64,000 nt of DNA, taken from Clostridiales bacterium. Its GTDB lineage: Bacteria; Bacillota; Clostridia; Christensenellales; UBA1242. The translations under genes were made by a program, and so were the position numbers. The stretch's first letter is position 1; each line of letters begins with the position of its first letter. Below the pieces are notes generated by a model. That model was not told the DNA's origin and ran no database searches. It saw only the letters and a list, made by a program, of their open reading frames with translations. Below are positions 20,241-31,400 of this stretch, piece by piece. The stretch spans positions 211,035 through 275,034 of the forward strand of contig CAKJYJ010000005.1 of the NCBI GenBank assembly GCA_918262735.1, in the 5' to 3' direction.

Positions 20241-22661
20241 CTAGTGGGTTAGCACATACTCTTCGTAGTTAATTCTGTAATATGTTTCAATAAATTTTTG
20301 TTTCGTTAAAAACCTATCAAGATTTGTTTTGAATTTAACAAGTTTACTATTTGTTTCTAGTGTGTCATCTATTGCTGTATACTCATCAAGCGTTACTGTG
20401 AAAAACTTTTCGTCAAACATTCCAACCATTGTTGAAACAAATAAGCTATTTTCAATTTCGTCACTAAACACAGAATACCCTTGTGTTAAATTCTTATTAT
20501 ATTCAAATCCGTATAAATCACAAATTGTTGGAACAATATCGTATGTGTTGCAGAAGGTGTCAACCTCTCCGCCCCCTAAATTTTTATTGTATATTGCAAA
20601 TGGAACTCTATAATTTTCTTTATCGTTGGCAAATTTGTTGGTACCTTTTACCAAATAGCATAAATTTGAATAATAAGCGTTATGGTCAGCAAATATCACA
20701 ATGCTTGTGTTATCTGAAAGCGGTTTTGTTGTGTCGCCATTGGTATAATGTGTTGCAAGGTATGAACGAATAACATGTATCGCGTTATCAACAGCCATTG
20801 CCTTTGCTTTGTAATCTCTTAGAATGTTGTATTCATGTGTTCCAATGTTTGGAGTGGCAAAGTTCAAATTGTTTGTTCTAACATATTGGCAGTAATCATT
20901 ATAATTCTCATCAAATCTTTCATAATAACCATGTTCATCTAACCTATTATTATGATTTTCGTATGGCCCGTGAGTTGTTACAGTTGTGAAATAACTAAAG
21001 AATTGTTGGTTGGTTGGCATCATTTCTGATGCATACGCCTCAACAAAATCGCCATCATCCCAGAAATCCCCAAAATATTTTGGCTTGTCTTCAATTGAAC
21101 AATTTTCCATTGTGAAAACATTTGTGAATCCCATTTCTTTATTTAACGTGTCTCTATCATACATCTTGCCTGTGTAATCATGGAAAAAGTTCACACTTCC
21201 ATAGCCGTTATCCTTAAATAAATTTGGTAGGCTATGACTTGCACTTAAACCAACATTGTCTTTAATTGTTGTGAAGGAATAGTCATTCACAACGCTTCCA
21301 AGAATTGATATTTCTTCGCTAATGTTGGTTTTATTTCTGCTGTAATAGTTGTTAAATTTTATTGCGTCGGTGTTAACAAATTGATATAAATCCGGAGTGT
21401 TGTATGGGTCTATTGCAAACCATTCAATGCTCTCCATCATAATCATAATTAAGTTTTGGCCTGCAAGAGCCCCGGACACATTTTCTCCATTAAACATTGA
21501 ATTTTGGTATGCAAAACCTTTTGCATCTTCGTCCTCAATATACTCCTTTAGTTCTCTTAACGCCTTTTTCCCTATCTCTTTTTGGTAGTTAAAGAAAATG
21601 TTACAATTATTTAAGTAAAAGCACCAGAATCCATATTTTTTAAGTGACGCCATTTTTGCACTCATTGTTGTGTATAGGTAGTCACCATCTTCCATAATAT
21701 ATTCTGCATTTGCATTCGCAAAGTATATATTTTGTGAAACTTTTAATGAACCAAAACCAATCATTTCAACACTTAAAAGTAATGTTATTAAAGCAACAAT
21801 GGCACGCTTGTCTTTTCTTAACCTAAACCTTGGCATAAACTTACTGCCCAGTGCAATACAAACAACATAAACAACAACTAAAGAAACATTCATTATTAGT
21901 GCAGTTAAATCTAGTTGGTTTAATTCAAATGCGTCCATTGTTTCAAAGCCGAGTGTGAAAATCATGTCAACAGTTATAATGTCATACATCATATTATATA
22001 AGCTTGCATTGGCAATGTTCATTATCATTTGAACACCAAGAAAAATGCTTGCTACGGAAATTTTTAATGGCTCTGTTGGAATTATAAATATTATTCCAGC
22101 AACCATAATTATCATTGCAAGTTCTATTCCAAAGTTTACCGGAATGGCTCCAAGACCCAACCTTAAAAAATTTGCAATTTCAAACAAAATTGAGAAAATT
22201 ATAAACAAAAACCCGTAAATATACGTATTTTTGAACGATTTTTCGCGTTTTTTCTTTATTTTTTTGTTATTTTGTTCTTCTTGAGGCACATAATCATAAC
22301 GAATTGCATCAACATTATCTTCAATTAAAACAGCATCTTCAGCCTTTGTGCTTGGTTGATTTTCTGCATTATCAAAAGCGTTTTTTTGTGGCTCTTGGTC
22401 CTCATTTTCGTCAGCCTGTGATGAAGTGTTGGCTATGTTGTTTTGACTATCCGTTTGTTGTTTGTCGGTTATAATATCTTTAGTTTCATCAACAGCCTTT
22501 TCCTCATGAGACCTTTTAATTCTTTCTAAAATTTCGCTTCTTCTTCTTGAAAATTCGTCCATACTTTTCTTAAATTCTTCAAAATTATTAGCTTCTGTTT
22601 GTTTGTTCGTCTTTCCGTTTGTGCTTTCATTTTGATTGTTTAACGTCTCATTATTATCCAT
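20241..22661 (-). CDS. LTA synthase (sulfatase) family protein with a long low-complexity N-terminal extension
   Basis: 806 aa. About 150 N/Q/E/D-rich residues precede about 5 TM helices and an extracellular sulfatase-like domain (LIMIMMESIEWF..., ...VIFADHN). Confidence 0.75.
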   Translation of the reverse strand: MDNNETLNNQNESTNGKTNKQTEANNFEEFKKSMDEFSRRRSEILERIKRSHEEKAVDETKDIITDKQQTDSQNNIANTSSQADENEDQEPQKNAFDNAENQPSTKAEDAVLIEDNVDAIRYDYVPQEEQNNKKIKKKREKSFKNTYIYGFLFIIFSILFEIANFLRLGLGAIPVNFGIELAMIIMVAGIIFIIPTEPLKISVASIFLGVQMIMNIANASLYNMMYDIITVDMIFTLGFETMDAFELNQLDLTALIMNVSLVVVYVVCIALGSKFMPRFRLRKDKRAIVALITLLLSVEMIGFGSLKVSQNIYFANANAEYIMEDGDYLYTTMSAKMASLKKYGFWCFYLNNCNIFFNYQKEIGKKALRELKEYIEDEDAKGFAYQNSMFNGENVSGALAGQNLIMIMMESIEWFAIDPYNTPDLYQFVNTDAIKFNNYYSRNKTNISEEISILGSVVNDYSFTTIKDNVGLSASHSLPNLFKDNGYGSVNFFHDYTGKMYDRDTLNKEMGFTNVFTMENCSIEDKPKYFGDFWDDGDFVEAYASEMMPTNQQFFSYFTTVTTHGPYENHNNRLDEHGYYERFDENYNDYCQYVRTNNLNFATPNIGTHEYNILRDYKAKAMAVDNAIHVIRSYLATHYTNGDTTKPLSDNTSIVIFADHNAYYSNLCYLVKGTNKFANDKENYRVPFAIYNKNLGGGEVDTFCNTYDIVPTICDLYGFEYNKNLTQGYSVFSDEIENSLFVSTMVGMFDEKFFTVTLDEYTAIDDTLETNSKLVKFKTNLDRFLTKQKFIETYYRINYEEYVLTH

Positions 22662-22665
22662 AATT

Positions 22666-23562
22666 TTATCCTTTCACAAAAATTTGTATATGTTGTTTTA
22701 GAACTTCAAAATTAAAACCGCCAGTAATGCCCTTTTCGCCGTCAATATTAACAACCTCATCATCCGGAATGGTAACTTGAAATTTATTTAGTTTTAGCAC
22801 ATGGCATGCTTTGCTTTTATTTAATGAATTAATACCAAATAAAAAAGCCTTCGCAATTTTGAATAATACCCCAATAGACACGCCTCTTTTCTTTCGTTCC
22901 TTAAATAGTATTAAATTAACAAAGCCGTCAGAGCAGTTTGCCATTTTGTTTATTTTGAAACCACCAACGTACCGACTATTAACAATTAGCCCAAGAACAA
23001 TGTTATCGGTTATGTTTATATTATCACTATTTATTGAAATTTCAAAACGTTTGGCGCCACCCAATTCTTTAATTCCTTCAACAAAGTATGCAACTTTGCC
23101 AAATTTGTTTTTTTTGTTCTGTTTTGTTAAATAACTTGCACCCGTACACATACCAAACGCACAAACATATATTCCATATTTTTCATTAACTTTGAAAATA
23201 TCATGTGATATACACTTTCCGTTTGTGATTATTTTTACAGCTTTTTTAACATTCTTTGGTATTTTTAATGAATGTGCTAAATCGTTGGTGGTTCCTGTTG
23301 GAATATAGCCAATTTGTGGTCTATTTTCTTTTGTTGCAATTGCATTAATTACCTCATTTAAAGTTCCATCGCCACCAGCAACAACCAAAACGTCATATTT
23401 TCCACAAGCATCTGCCGAAAAGTCAGATGCATCACCAGCCTTGCCGGTTGGTTTAACAACAACATTATCAAAATGCTTTTTTAATTCACTTTCAATGTAT
23501 ATTGCATTTTTCTGTCCTTTCTTTTTTCCACTTGTTGGATTATATATAAATAAGCAATTCAT
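22666..23562 (-). CDS. Diacylglycerol/lipid kinase (DagK/YegS family)
   Basis: MNCLFIYNPTSGKKKG... and VVAGGDGTLNEVINA are typical of the family. I chose the start at 23562; the tracked ORF extends to 23658 with a non-homologous N-terminus. Confidence 0.8.
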   Translation of the reverse strand: MNCLFIYNPTSGKKKGQKNAIYIESELKKHFDNVVVKPTGKAGDASDFSADACGKYDVLVVAGGDGTLNEVINAIATKENRPQIGYIPTGTTNDLAHSLKIPKNVKKAVKIITNGKCISHDIFKVNEKYGIYVCAFGMCTGASYLTKQNKKNKFGKVAYFVEGIKELGGAKRFEISINSDNINITDNIVLGLIVNSRYVGGFKINKMANCSDGFVNLILFKERKKRGVSIGVLFKIAKAFLFGINSLNKSKACHVLKLNKFQVTIPDDEVVNIDGEKGITGGFNFEVLKQHIQIFVKG

Positions 23563-23723
23563 GTTTATTATTCTATCATTATTCGTTAAATATGTAAAGG
23601 AAATACAATAAAACGTCAATATTCTTATATGTTGACAATTTGCTCGTAATAAAGACAATTTTTAATATTCATAATTAAAAAAGATGCTCAAAATATGAAC
23701 ATCTTATTAGGTTTGTATATTCT

Positions 23724-24659
23724 TTATATGGCCTCAATTTCTTTGTTTGCTTTTTGATTCTTAATTTTGCCATAAATGGCCACAATACATATAACAACCA
23801 TTGCACCTGTCAAACTAAAAACATACCAAATCCACCTGTTTGCCGTTGTTGTCCAATATTCTATTTTAACAATAGAATCACCATTTTCGTCTAAGTTATC
23901 AAAAGGTATTTTCCATGTGTGGTAATAATATCCGTCATTTTTTTCAATGCTATCTGCATTGCTTTTAAGCCTTGCTGTTGGAACAACATATGTGTATTCA
24001 AAATTATTTGAACATTCTGCAAAATTTAATGTGTTTCTTAAATTATTCCAGCGAATTGTTCCAATCTCGTTTTTCATTCTTTCTTCAATTTTGTTAATTA
24101 ATTGTTTGCCAAGCGTTAATGATGACTCAACCATTTTATCTAACAGTGGGTCTTTTTGAATCCTGTTTGTTTTTGTTAAAATGTTGTTTTCGTTTATCAC
24201 AACTTTATTTTCACTTAACTCTGGGGTTAAATTTTTGAATGACTTGTAACATGAACTGTTGCTAAAGTTTAATTGATAAACAATATAGTCATCTATTCCT
24301 CTTAAAATATTATCATCCAAAAGGTTACTTTCAAATGATATGCCATTTTTTAATTCTTCTTTTTCGCTTTGGGTGTAGTTATTGTTTTCATCAACATTTT
24401 GCTTATATTCTGAGATTAAATCACTAAAGTATTCGTCATAGTCATTTTTCACATGCCTAAGAATAGTTGAAATTTTTTCAGGAGGGTTTATATAATTTTC
24501 CTGCGCCCAATTTAATATTTCGGCTTTAGGAAAAGGAACGTAGTATGATTCAACAACCGAGCCATCTGCGTTTTGCATAAGTTCAACCCCGCCCAAATTT
24601 GAACAGCCTGAAAATATAAAACACACGCATAATATTAGTAATAAAAAGATTTTTTTCAT
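23724..24659 (-). CDS. Hypothetical lipoprotein with a C-terminal TM helix
   Basis: Signal peptide with lipobox FSGC and a C-terminal hydrophobic helix (WIWYVFSLTGAMVVICIVAIY). Confidence 0.55.
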   Translation of the reverse strand: MKKIFLLLILCVCFIFSGCSNLGGVELMQNADGSVVESYYVPFPKAEILNWAQENYINPPEKISTILRHVKNDYDEYFSDLISEYKQNVDENNNYTQSEKEELKNGISFESNLLDDNILRGIDDYIVYQLNFSNSSCYKSFKNLTPELSENKVVINENNILTKTNRIQKDPLLDKMVESSLTLGKQLINKIEERMKNEIGTIRWNNLRNTLNFAECSNNFEYTYVVPTARLKSNADSIEKNDGYYYHTWKIPFDNLDENGDSIVKIEYWTTTANRWIWYVFSLTGAMVVICIVAIYGKIKNQKANKEIEAI

Positions 24660-24715
24660 CTAAATATTTATATTCCTTATTCTTAATATTAATGTAATTA
24701 TTTTCTAATCGTTAA

Positions 24716-26107
24716 TTAATAATCACAGTTGTTTGGCGTTCTTGGGAATAAAATAACATCTCTAATGTTGTCAACGCCTGTTAAATACATAATTAACCTT
24801 TCAAACCCCATTCCAAATCCAGAATGGATGCATGAACCAAATTTTCTTAGGTTCAAGAACCAGTCAATAGAATTTTTATCAACGCCCATTTCATCACAAC
24901 GTTTTATTATTTTATTGTAGTCCTCTTCTCTTTGACTTCCGCCCATAAGTTCGCCAGAGCCTGGAACTTCTAGGTCAACCGCCGCAACAGTTTTTCCGTC
25001 TGGATTTAACTTCATATAGTATGCTTTAATGTCTTTTGGCCAATTTTTAATAAACACTGGGCCACCAAAATACTCTGTTATATATTTTTCATGTTCTTTT
25101 GCAATGTCGCCACCATATTCTGGTTCAAATTCCCACTTCACATCTGCCTTTTTAAGAATATCAATAACGTCTTTATGGTCAATTCTAACAAATTTACTTT
25201 CAAGCAATTTGGTTAGTTTTTCAATTAACCCATTTTGAACAAACTTATCAAAGAATTCCATTTCAAAAGGACAGTTGTCTAAAACATATTTAACAACATA
25301 CTTTAGCATATCCTCTTCAATGTCCATAACGCCATCTAAATCACAAAATGCAATTTCCGGCTCAATCATCCAAAATTCATTTGCATGCGTTTTGGTGTTT
25401 GAATTCTCGGTTCTAAACGTTGGGCCAAATGTGTAAATTTTACCAAAGGCAAGTGCCAGTGCCTCACCATGAAGTTGACCACTTCCAGTAATAAATGCCT
25501 GTTTGCCAAATAAATCTTTGCTCATATCAACCTTTCCGTCTTTGGTTTTTGGAAGGTCATTAAAATTTAGGGTTGTTACCTTAAACATTTGATCTGAACC
25601 CTCGCAGTCGGCAGTTGTTATTAGTGGTGTGTTAACATAAACATACCCGTTTTTTTGGAAATATTCATGAATTCCCATTGCCGCAACGCTTCTAACCCTA
25701 AACACAGCATTAAACAGGTTGGTTCTTGGTCTTAAATAAGCAATTTCTCTTAAAAATTCAACACTTGCCCTTTTCTTTTGAATTGGGTATGTTTCATCTG
25801 TTGCTTGAAAAATTTCAACCGATTTTGCCTTAATTTCAAATGGTTGTTTATTCTCTGGTGTTAAAACAAATTCACCAACAACATAAACAGTGCTTCCCAC
25901 ATTTAGTTTAACAACGTCGGCATAATTCTTTAATTTATCTGCTTCTAAAACAACCTGAACGCCCTTAAAACATGTTCCGTCGTTTAATTCCATAAAACCA
26001 AAAGACTTGCTGTCACGGGTGGTTCTTACCCAACCTTTAACCTCAATCTCCTGCCCGTTTTTTAACTCTTTTGATGTGTATAATTCTTTTACGCTTACTT
26101 CCTTCAT
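24716..26107 (-). CDS. asnS: Asparagine--tRNA ligase
   Basis: 463 aa with an N-terminal OB fold and class IIb motifs (FRTENSNTKTHANEFWMIEPE, GGSQREE, GFGMGFERL). The ATG at 26107 is preceded by GAGAGGAA. Confidence 0.9.
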   Translation of the reverse strand: MKEVSVKELYTSKELKNGQEIEVKGWVRTTRDSKSFGFMELNDGTCFKGVQVVLEADKLKNYADVVKLNVGSTVYVVGEFVLTPENKQPFEIKAKSVEIFQATDETYPIQKKRASVEFLREIAYLRPRTNLFNAVFRVRSVAAMGIHEYFQKNGYVYVNTPLITTADCEGSDQMFKVTTLNFNDLPKTKDGKVDMSKDLFGKQAFITGSGQLHGEALALAFGKIYTFGPTFRTENSNTKTHANEFWMIEPEIAFCDLDGVMDIEEDMLKYVVKYVLDNCPFEMEFFDKFVQNGLIEKLTKLLESKFVRIDHKDVIDILKKADVKWEFEPEYGGDIAKEHEKYITEYFGGPVFIKNWPKDIKAYYMKLNPDGKTVAAVDLEVPGSGELMGGSQREEDYNKIIKRCDEMGVDKNSIDWFLNLRKFGSCIHSGFGMGFERLIMYLTGVDNIRDVILFPRTPNNCDY

Positions 26108-26223
26108 AATTCCTCTCACTCTTTTAATTGTAACATAATGATAACAAAATGTAAAAACATATTTTTCATTTTTTGAAATTTCTCGCAGTAGAATACAGTA
26201 TACGGGTTTGTAAGGAATAAATA

Positions 26224-27180
26224 ATGGTTATTGTTATTATTTTTTTATCATCTTTTTGTCTTATCGTTTATGGCGGAAATAAGTTTGTTGATTCGTCAAT
26301 GGTCATTGCAAAAAAATTAAAAATCCCATCTCCTATTATTGGGGCAACATTAGTAACTATTGGAACAACAATGCCCGAACTTTTAGTTACCATTATTTCC
26401 AGCGGAGCAAACGCCAATGGAATTGCAATTGGAAATGCGGTTGGGTCAATTATTATTAATACCTGCATAATTGGTGGGGTTTTAATTGCTTTTACCCGTG
26501 TTAAAATTAATAGGTCATCGGAGTTATTGCTTAAACTTCTATTGTTATGCATTGTGGTTTTAAGTGTTATAAGCATTAATTCAAAAATAAACTATTTTGA
26601 AGCTTTGATTCTTTTATCTCTATTTTTCGTTTTTATTGTTATAAACCGCAAACAATCAAAGGCGAGTTACACCGATTACAACATAACAGGTAACAATTCG
26701 CTTTTTCAAGCCATTGTGATGTTTATTCTTTCTTCGCTTATGCTAACGTTTGGCGCTTATTATTTGGTTGATTGTGCCAAATTTTTTGCACGCTGGGCTA
26801 ATGTGAGTGAAACAATTATTGGCTTAACTGTGGTGAGTTTGGGAACCTCTTTGCCAGAACTTGTTACTTCTATTCTTGCAATAAAAAAGAAAGAACCGTC
26901 TCTTGGGCTTGGTAACGTTGTTGGGTCAAATATTATAAATAGCACATTGCTGGTTGGAATAACCGGAATTAATTGCACTAGTGCTGGTGTTGCGCTTTCT
27001 GCCACCACATCAAACCTCGCAATTCCTTTCGCGCTAATTTCAACAATTGTATTCTCTGCCCCTGCTCTTTTGAAAAAACACACCAAAAGGGTGTATGGTA
27101 TTTTACTTATGTTAATCTTTGCCACCTACTTTATTCTTCTTAATCTATCTACTTTTAACATTATTAAAATTATACAATAA
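26224..27180 (+). CDS. Calcium/sodium antiporter (CaCA / YrbG family)
   Basis: Two alpha-repeat motifs: GATLVTIGTTMPELLVTIIS and GLTVVSLGTSLPELVTSILA. Confidence 0.8.
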   Translation: MVIVIIFLSSFCLIVYGGNKFVDSSMVIAKKLKIPSPIIGATLVTIGTTMPELLVTIISSGANANGIAIGNAVGSIIINTCIIGGVLIAFTRVKINRSSELLLKLLLLCIVVLSVISINSKINYFEALILLSLFFVFIVINRKQSKASYTDYNITGNNSLFQAIVMFILSSLMLTFGAYYLVDCAKFFARWANVSETIIGLTVVSLGTSLPELVTSILAIKKKEPSLGLGNVVGSNIINSTLLVGITGINCTSAGVALSATTSNLAIPFALISTIVFSAPALLKKHTKRVYGILLMLIFATYFILLNLSTFNIIKIIQ

Positions 27181-27272
27181 ACGACAAAACAATTTTTCAT
27201 TTTTATTTTGCTTATGTTGATATTTATTGTATACTTATCACAGCAAAGTAAATTTAGCAAAGGAGATTAATT

Positions 27273-27710
27273 ATGAAAGATTACTATTGGTTGATTGTTA
27301 TTGGCGTTTTGGCTATTGCATACATATTTTTAATTATGAGACAAAAAAGACAAGAAAAACGAAACCTTGACGCATTGAGTTCGTTTAAGGTTGGCGATAG
27401 GGTTATTACCCACATTGGCATATACGGAAGAATTAAAAGAATATATAACACCTCATATGGCAAAACATGCGTTTTGGAAATTGGAACAAATAATAAAGTT
27501 GATATAGAACTTGATATGCGCTATATTGCAGGTCTTGATGAAAAGGTTGCAACTCCTGATGAACCACTAACCGAAACAACTAGACCAGAGGAACCAAAGC
27601 ACGAAGAACCAAAAGAAGTTGAAACAGATAAAAAAGAACAACCAGAAAACAAAACAAAAAAACAAACATCAACAAAAAATAAGTCAAAAAACAAAAGTAA
27701 CAAGGGTTAA
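27273..27710 (+). CDS. yajC: Preprotein translocase subunit YajC with a Lys/Glu/Pro-rich C-terminal tail
   Basis: N-terminal TM helix and the FKVGDRVITHIGIYGRIKRI core. A ~60-aa charged extension follows. Confidence 0.75.
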   Translation: MKDYYWLIVIGVLAIAYIFLIMRQKRQEKRNLDALSSFKVGDRVITHIGIYGRIKRIYNTSYGKTCVLEIGTNNKVDIELDMRYIAGLDEKVATPDEPLTETTRPEEPKHEEPKEVETDKKEQPENKTKKQTSTKNKSKNKSNKG

Positions 27711-27727
27711 TCCTTGTTGTTTTTTTG
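27699..27727 (+). terminator. Intrinsic terminator of yajC
   Basis: AACAAGG-GTTAAT-CCTTGTT followed by a T-run. The stem overlaps the stop codon. Confidence 0.6.
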
Positions 27728-28042
27728 TTACTTTTCAACAATAAAACAGCCTTAACCATAAAAGATTTTTTACTCTTATTAACAATTCCTTATCTAAAAC
27801 GATTAAATTTGCGCCCATTGGGTTTGGTTGTTATATGTTTCAAACATGCCCAAATTCCCCTTATTTTTAGCCAGAATGGCGCATTTTTACCCACTTGTTT
27901 GGGCGTTTTTTGTTGATTTTTGTATTTTTTTTAGAAAAATTTGCAAAATCGCTTGGAAAATAAAGAGATTTGGGGTATAATGAGGGTGTTTTAAGGGAAT
28001 AATCCCTAAAGCAAAATCTTTAATATTAAAAGGGGATATTTA

Positions 28043-28318
28043 ATGAACAAGACTGAATTTATTAGAGCAATCTCTGACAAGGCAGGAATCACAATGAAAG
28101 ATATTGACCTTGTTTACGATGCAACTTTAGAAGTTGTTACAGAGGCTTTACTTGCTGGTGAAAAAATCCAACTTGTTGGTGTTGGTGCATTTGAACTTAA
28201 AAAAGTTGATGCAAAAACCGGTATCAACCCAAGAACTGGCGCAACTGTTAAAATTCCAGCTTGCAAAAAACCAGTTTTCAAATTTGGTGATGCTTACAAA
28301 GCAAAATTCAACAAGTAA
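28043..28318 (+). CDS. hup: DNA-binding protein HU
   Basis: 91 aa: MNKTEFIRAISDKAGITMKD...GINPRTGATVKIPACKKPVFKFG. Confidence 0.92.
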   Translation: MNKTEFIRAISDKAGITMKDIDLVYDATLEVVTEALLAGEKIQLVGVGAFELKKVDAKTGINPRTGATVKIPACKKPVFKFGDAYKAKFNK

Positions 28319-28353
28319 GATAATTCACGACTTGCTCGTGATTACTTACCCAC

Positions 28354-28384
28354 AAAAAATACGCCACTTGGCGTATTTTTTTTA
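28354..28384. terminator. Bidirectional intrinsic terminator (hup on +, LRR gene on -)
   Basis: AAAAAATACGCC-ACTT-GGCGTATTTTTTTT, lying between convergent genes. Confidence 0.65.
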
Positions 28385-28422
28385 TGCAATCATATTAAAC
28401 AATTCCATCAAAACAACACTTC

Positions 28423-31400
28423 CTACGCACTTCGCTTCCAGTATTTATCACGATAGGTTGACTTTAAATATGTTGCATTGGTTGAAGGATCGGTTAATGT
28501 AACGTCTGTTCCGCTAGTTGCATTTTTAGAACTTGACACAAACCAACCATTAGGATTTTCAAATGTAACACTGGTTAGACTGCTGCAACCATCGAATATA
28601 TTTCGCCAAATACTGGTTACACTCTCTGGTATAGTTACATTAGTTAGACTGTTGCAACCCTCGAATACAGCATCACCTATGCTGGTTACGCTATTTGGTA
28701 TGGTTATACTGGTTAGACTGCGGCAATATTGGAATGCATCAGAAGCTATGCTGGTTACGCTATTTGGTATGGTTATACTGGTTAGATTGTTGCAATATTG
28801 GAATGTCCAATAACCTATACTGGTTACTCCCCCACCCAAGATTACACTTGTCAGATTATCACATCTAGAGAATACAGCATCACCTATGCTGGTTACACTA
28901 TCTGGTATGGTTATGCTGGTTAGACTACTGCAACGAGAGAATGCATGATCACCTATGCTAGTTACACTATTTGGTATGGTCACGCCAGTTAGGCTGCGGC
29001 AATCATAGAATGCGGAAGAACCTATGCTGGTTACACTATTTGGTATGATTATACTGGTTAACCTGTAACAACCATAGAATGCAGAAGAACCTATGCTGGT
29101 TACACCATTTGGTATGGTTATACTACCAGTAAGACTACTGCAGTTATAAAATGCAGAAGAACTTATGCTGGTCACACCACTTGGTATAGTTATACTTGTT
29201 AGACTGCTGCAACCATAGAATGCAGAAGAACCTATGCTGGTCACACCACTTGGTATGGTTATACTTGTTAGACTGCTGCAACCATTGAATGCAGAATCAC
29301 ATATGTTGGTCACACTGTTTGGTATGGTTACACTTGTTAGACCACTGCAACCAGAGAATGTATTGTTCTTAATTTCTGTGATTCCTTCTGGTATTGCCAA
29401 TTCGGTTACCTCATTATTCCCAATATATAAATGGTGAGCATAGTATAATGGATTTGAATACACATCTACAAATGATATATTTAACCATGAGTCTATATTT
29501 TCTATTATTACACTTGTTAGGCTACTACATTTATAAAATGCATCACCTATACTGGTTACAGTGTTGGGTATAGTTATACTGGTTAAACTACTGCAATTAT
29601 AGAATGAATATCTACATATATTTGTTGTATTTTCATTTAGTGTTACCGAGGTTGTTGTTTTATCTGTAACATACAATGCATGATAGTTGTTTGCACTTTC
29701 TTTATAGTACACAACCCCTTCTATTTCTTCAATTTTATCAGTACTAAATTCTTCATCACTTATAACTAAATGTGCATAAGATGCAATGTTTCCATTATCG
29801 GAATACCCTACGGTTATATTTAATTGTGATAGGTTGTTTACTATATATAAATTATCGCAACCCCGGAATGCTTCATTGCCTATACTGGTTACACCATTAG
29901 AAATTGTTACACTGGTTAAACTGCTGCAATTATAGAATGTATAGTTCTTAATTTGTGTGATACCCTCTGGTATTATTAACTCAGTTACTTCATTATTACC
30001 AATATATAAATGATGAGCATAATACAACGGATTTGAAGAACTGTAAGTAAATGATATATTTAGCCATGATTCTATATTTTCTATTGTCACACCATTTAGA
30101 CTGCTGCAATTAGAGAATGCATAAAAACCTATGCTGGTTACACTATTTGGTATGGCTATGCTGGTTAGACTACTGCAATTTTTGAATGCAGAATCACGAA
30201 TGCTGGTTACACTATTGGGTATAGTTATGCTAGTTAGACTGCTGCAATTACAGAATGCACCATCACCTATGCTGGTTACACTATTGGGTATGGTTATACT
30301 TGTTAGATTGCTGCAATTATAAAATGCCCAAGAACCAATACTTATTAAACTATCTGGTATGATTAAACTGGTCAGATCGCTACAGTTATAAAATGCCCCA
30401 TTTGAAAAGTTTGACGTAGAGTATATGCCTGTTACACGATATATTTTATTGTTATAACTTACCCTGGCCGGAATAACAAGCTCGCCTGTTGGTTTGTTTG
30501 ATGAATTTGCTTTAACTTCAGCGGTTTTTGCTGATTCGTTATATGTGAATGTTAAGGTTTGATATTCACTTTCATTCATAACCTTAACGTATTCTATTGT
30601 AACATTGCTGGCTACTGTTATGTTATTACTAGTTGTTTCAGTTCCATTTATTACATAAACTGGTGTAATTCCATCAGTTGGAGCGGTGGTTGGTGACAAT
30701 GTTAGTATATCACCATAATAAATTGTTGCTCCTGATGTGAGTTGAATATTATTTCTGGTTACCGTTACCTCTTCTTGGAATGTTATTGTGTATTCCTCTG
30801 GTGTTATACCGCTTACCAATATGCTCACATTGTCGGTTACTGATGATATTGTATAAACACCATTTTCATTGGTAACTGTATCATTACCCTCATTTGTTAC
30901 TATCGGTGTTCCTGTGTAACCATATTCTAATTCAACAATAAATGAAATTGAATCTCCATATCTAACAGAAGCAATATCAAAGAATTGGTTGTTTGTGTTT
31001 TTAATGGTATATCCCGTTTGTTGTGATGGAACTGTTACTGTGTATGTTATTCTCTTTACACCTGTTATTGTTATGTTCACATCACTAGTAACATTTGAAA
31101 TTGTGTACACATCATTATCTGCCGTTATTGTTTGTCTGTTGTTCTTTACAACTGGTGTTCCCGTATAACCAGTTTTTAGTTCAACCTTAAAAGAAATTGA
31201 ATCGCCATATTCAACAACCATAGTTGTAAATGTTTCATTGTTTATGTCATTAATGGTGTATCCAGTTTGTGTTGTTGGCATTGTAATATTAAAAGTTAAT
31301 TTTTCATATATCGCTATATATTCGTCGTTCACATTACCTTCATTTAATGTGATTTCATATTTTTCCTCATCTGAAACAATCTCGTCATTTACTTCCCAAC

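Noticed and set aside
26108-26223. Looked for a T-box or leader peptide upstream of asnS, analogous to the gatC leader.
   Set aside because: Only 116 nt are shared with the divergent antiporter gene. There is no specifier/T-box sequence, no terminator and no Asn-rich mini-ORF with an RBS.
28480-30360. Regular ~69-nt periodic repeats that could superficially resemble a CRISPR array.
   Set aside because: They lie inside a long open reading frame, encode LRR units, have no unique spacers of constant length, and no cas genes are nearby.
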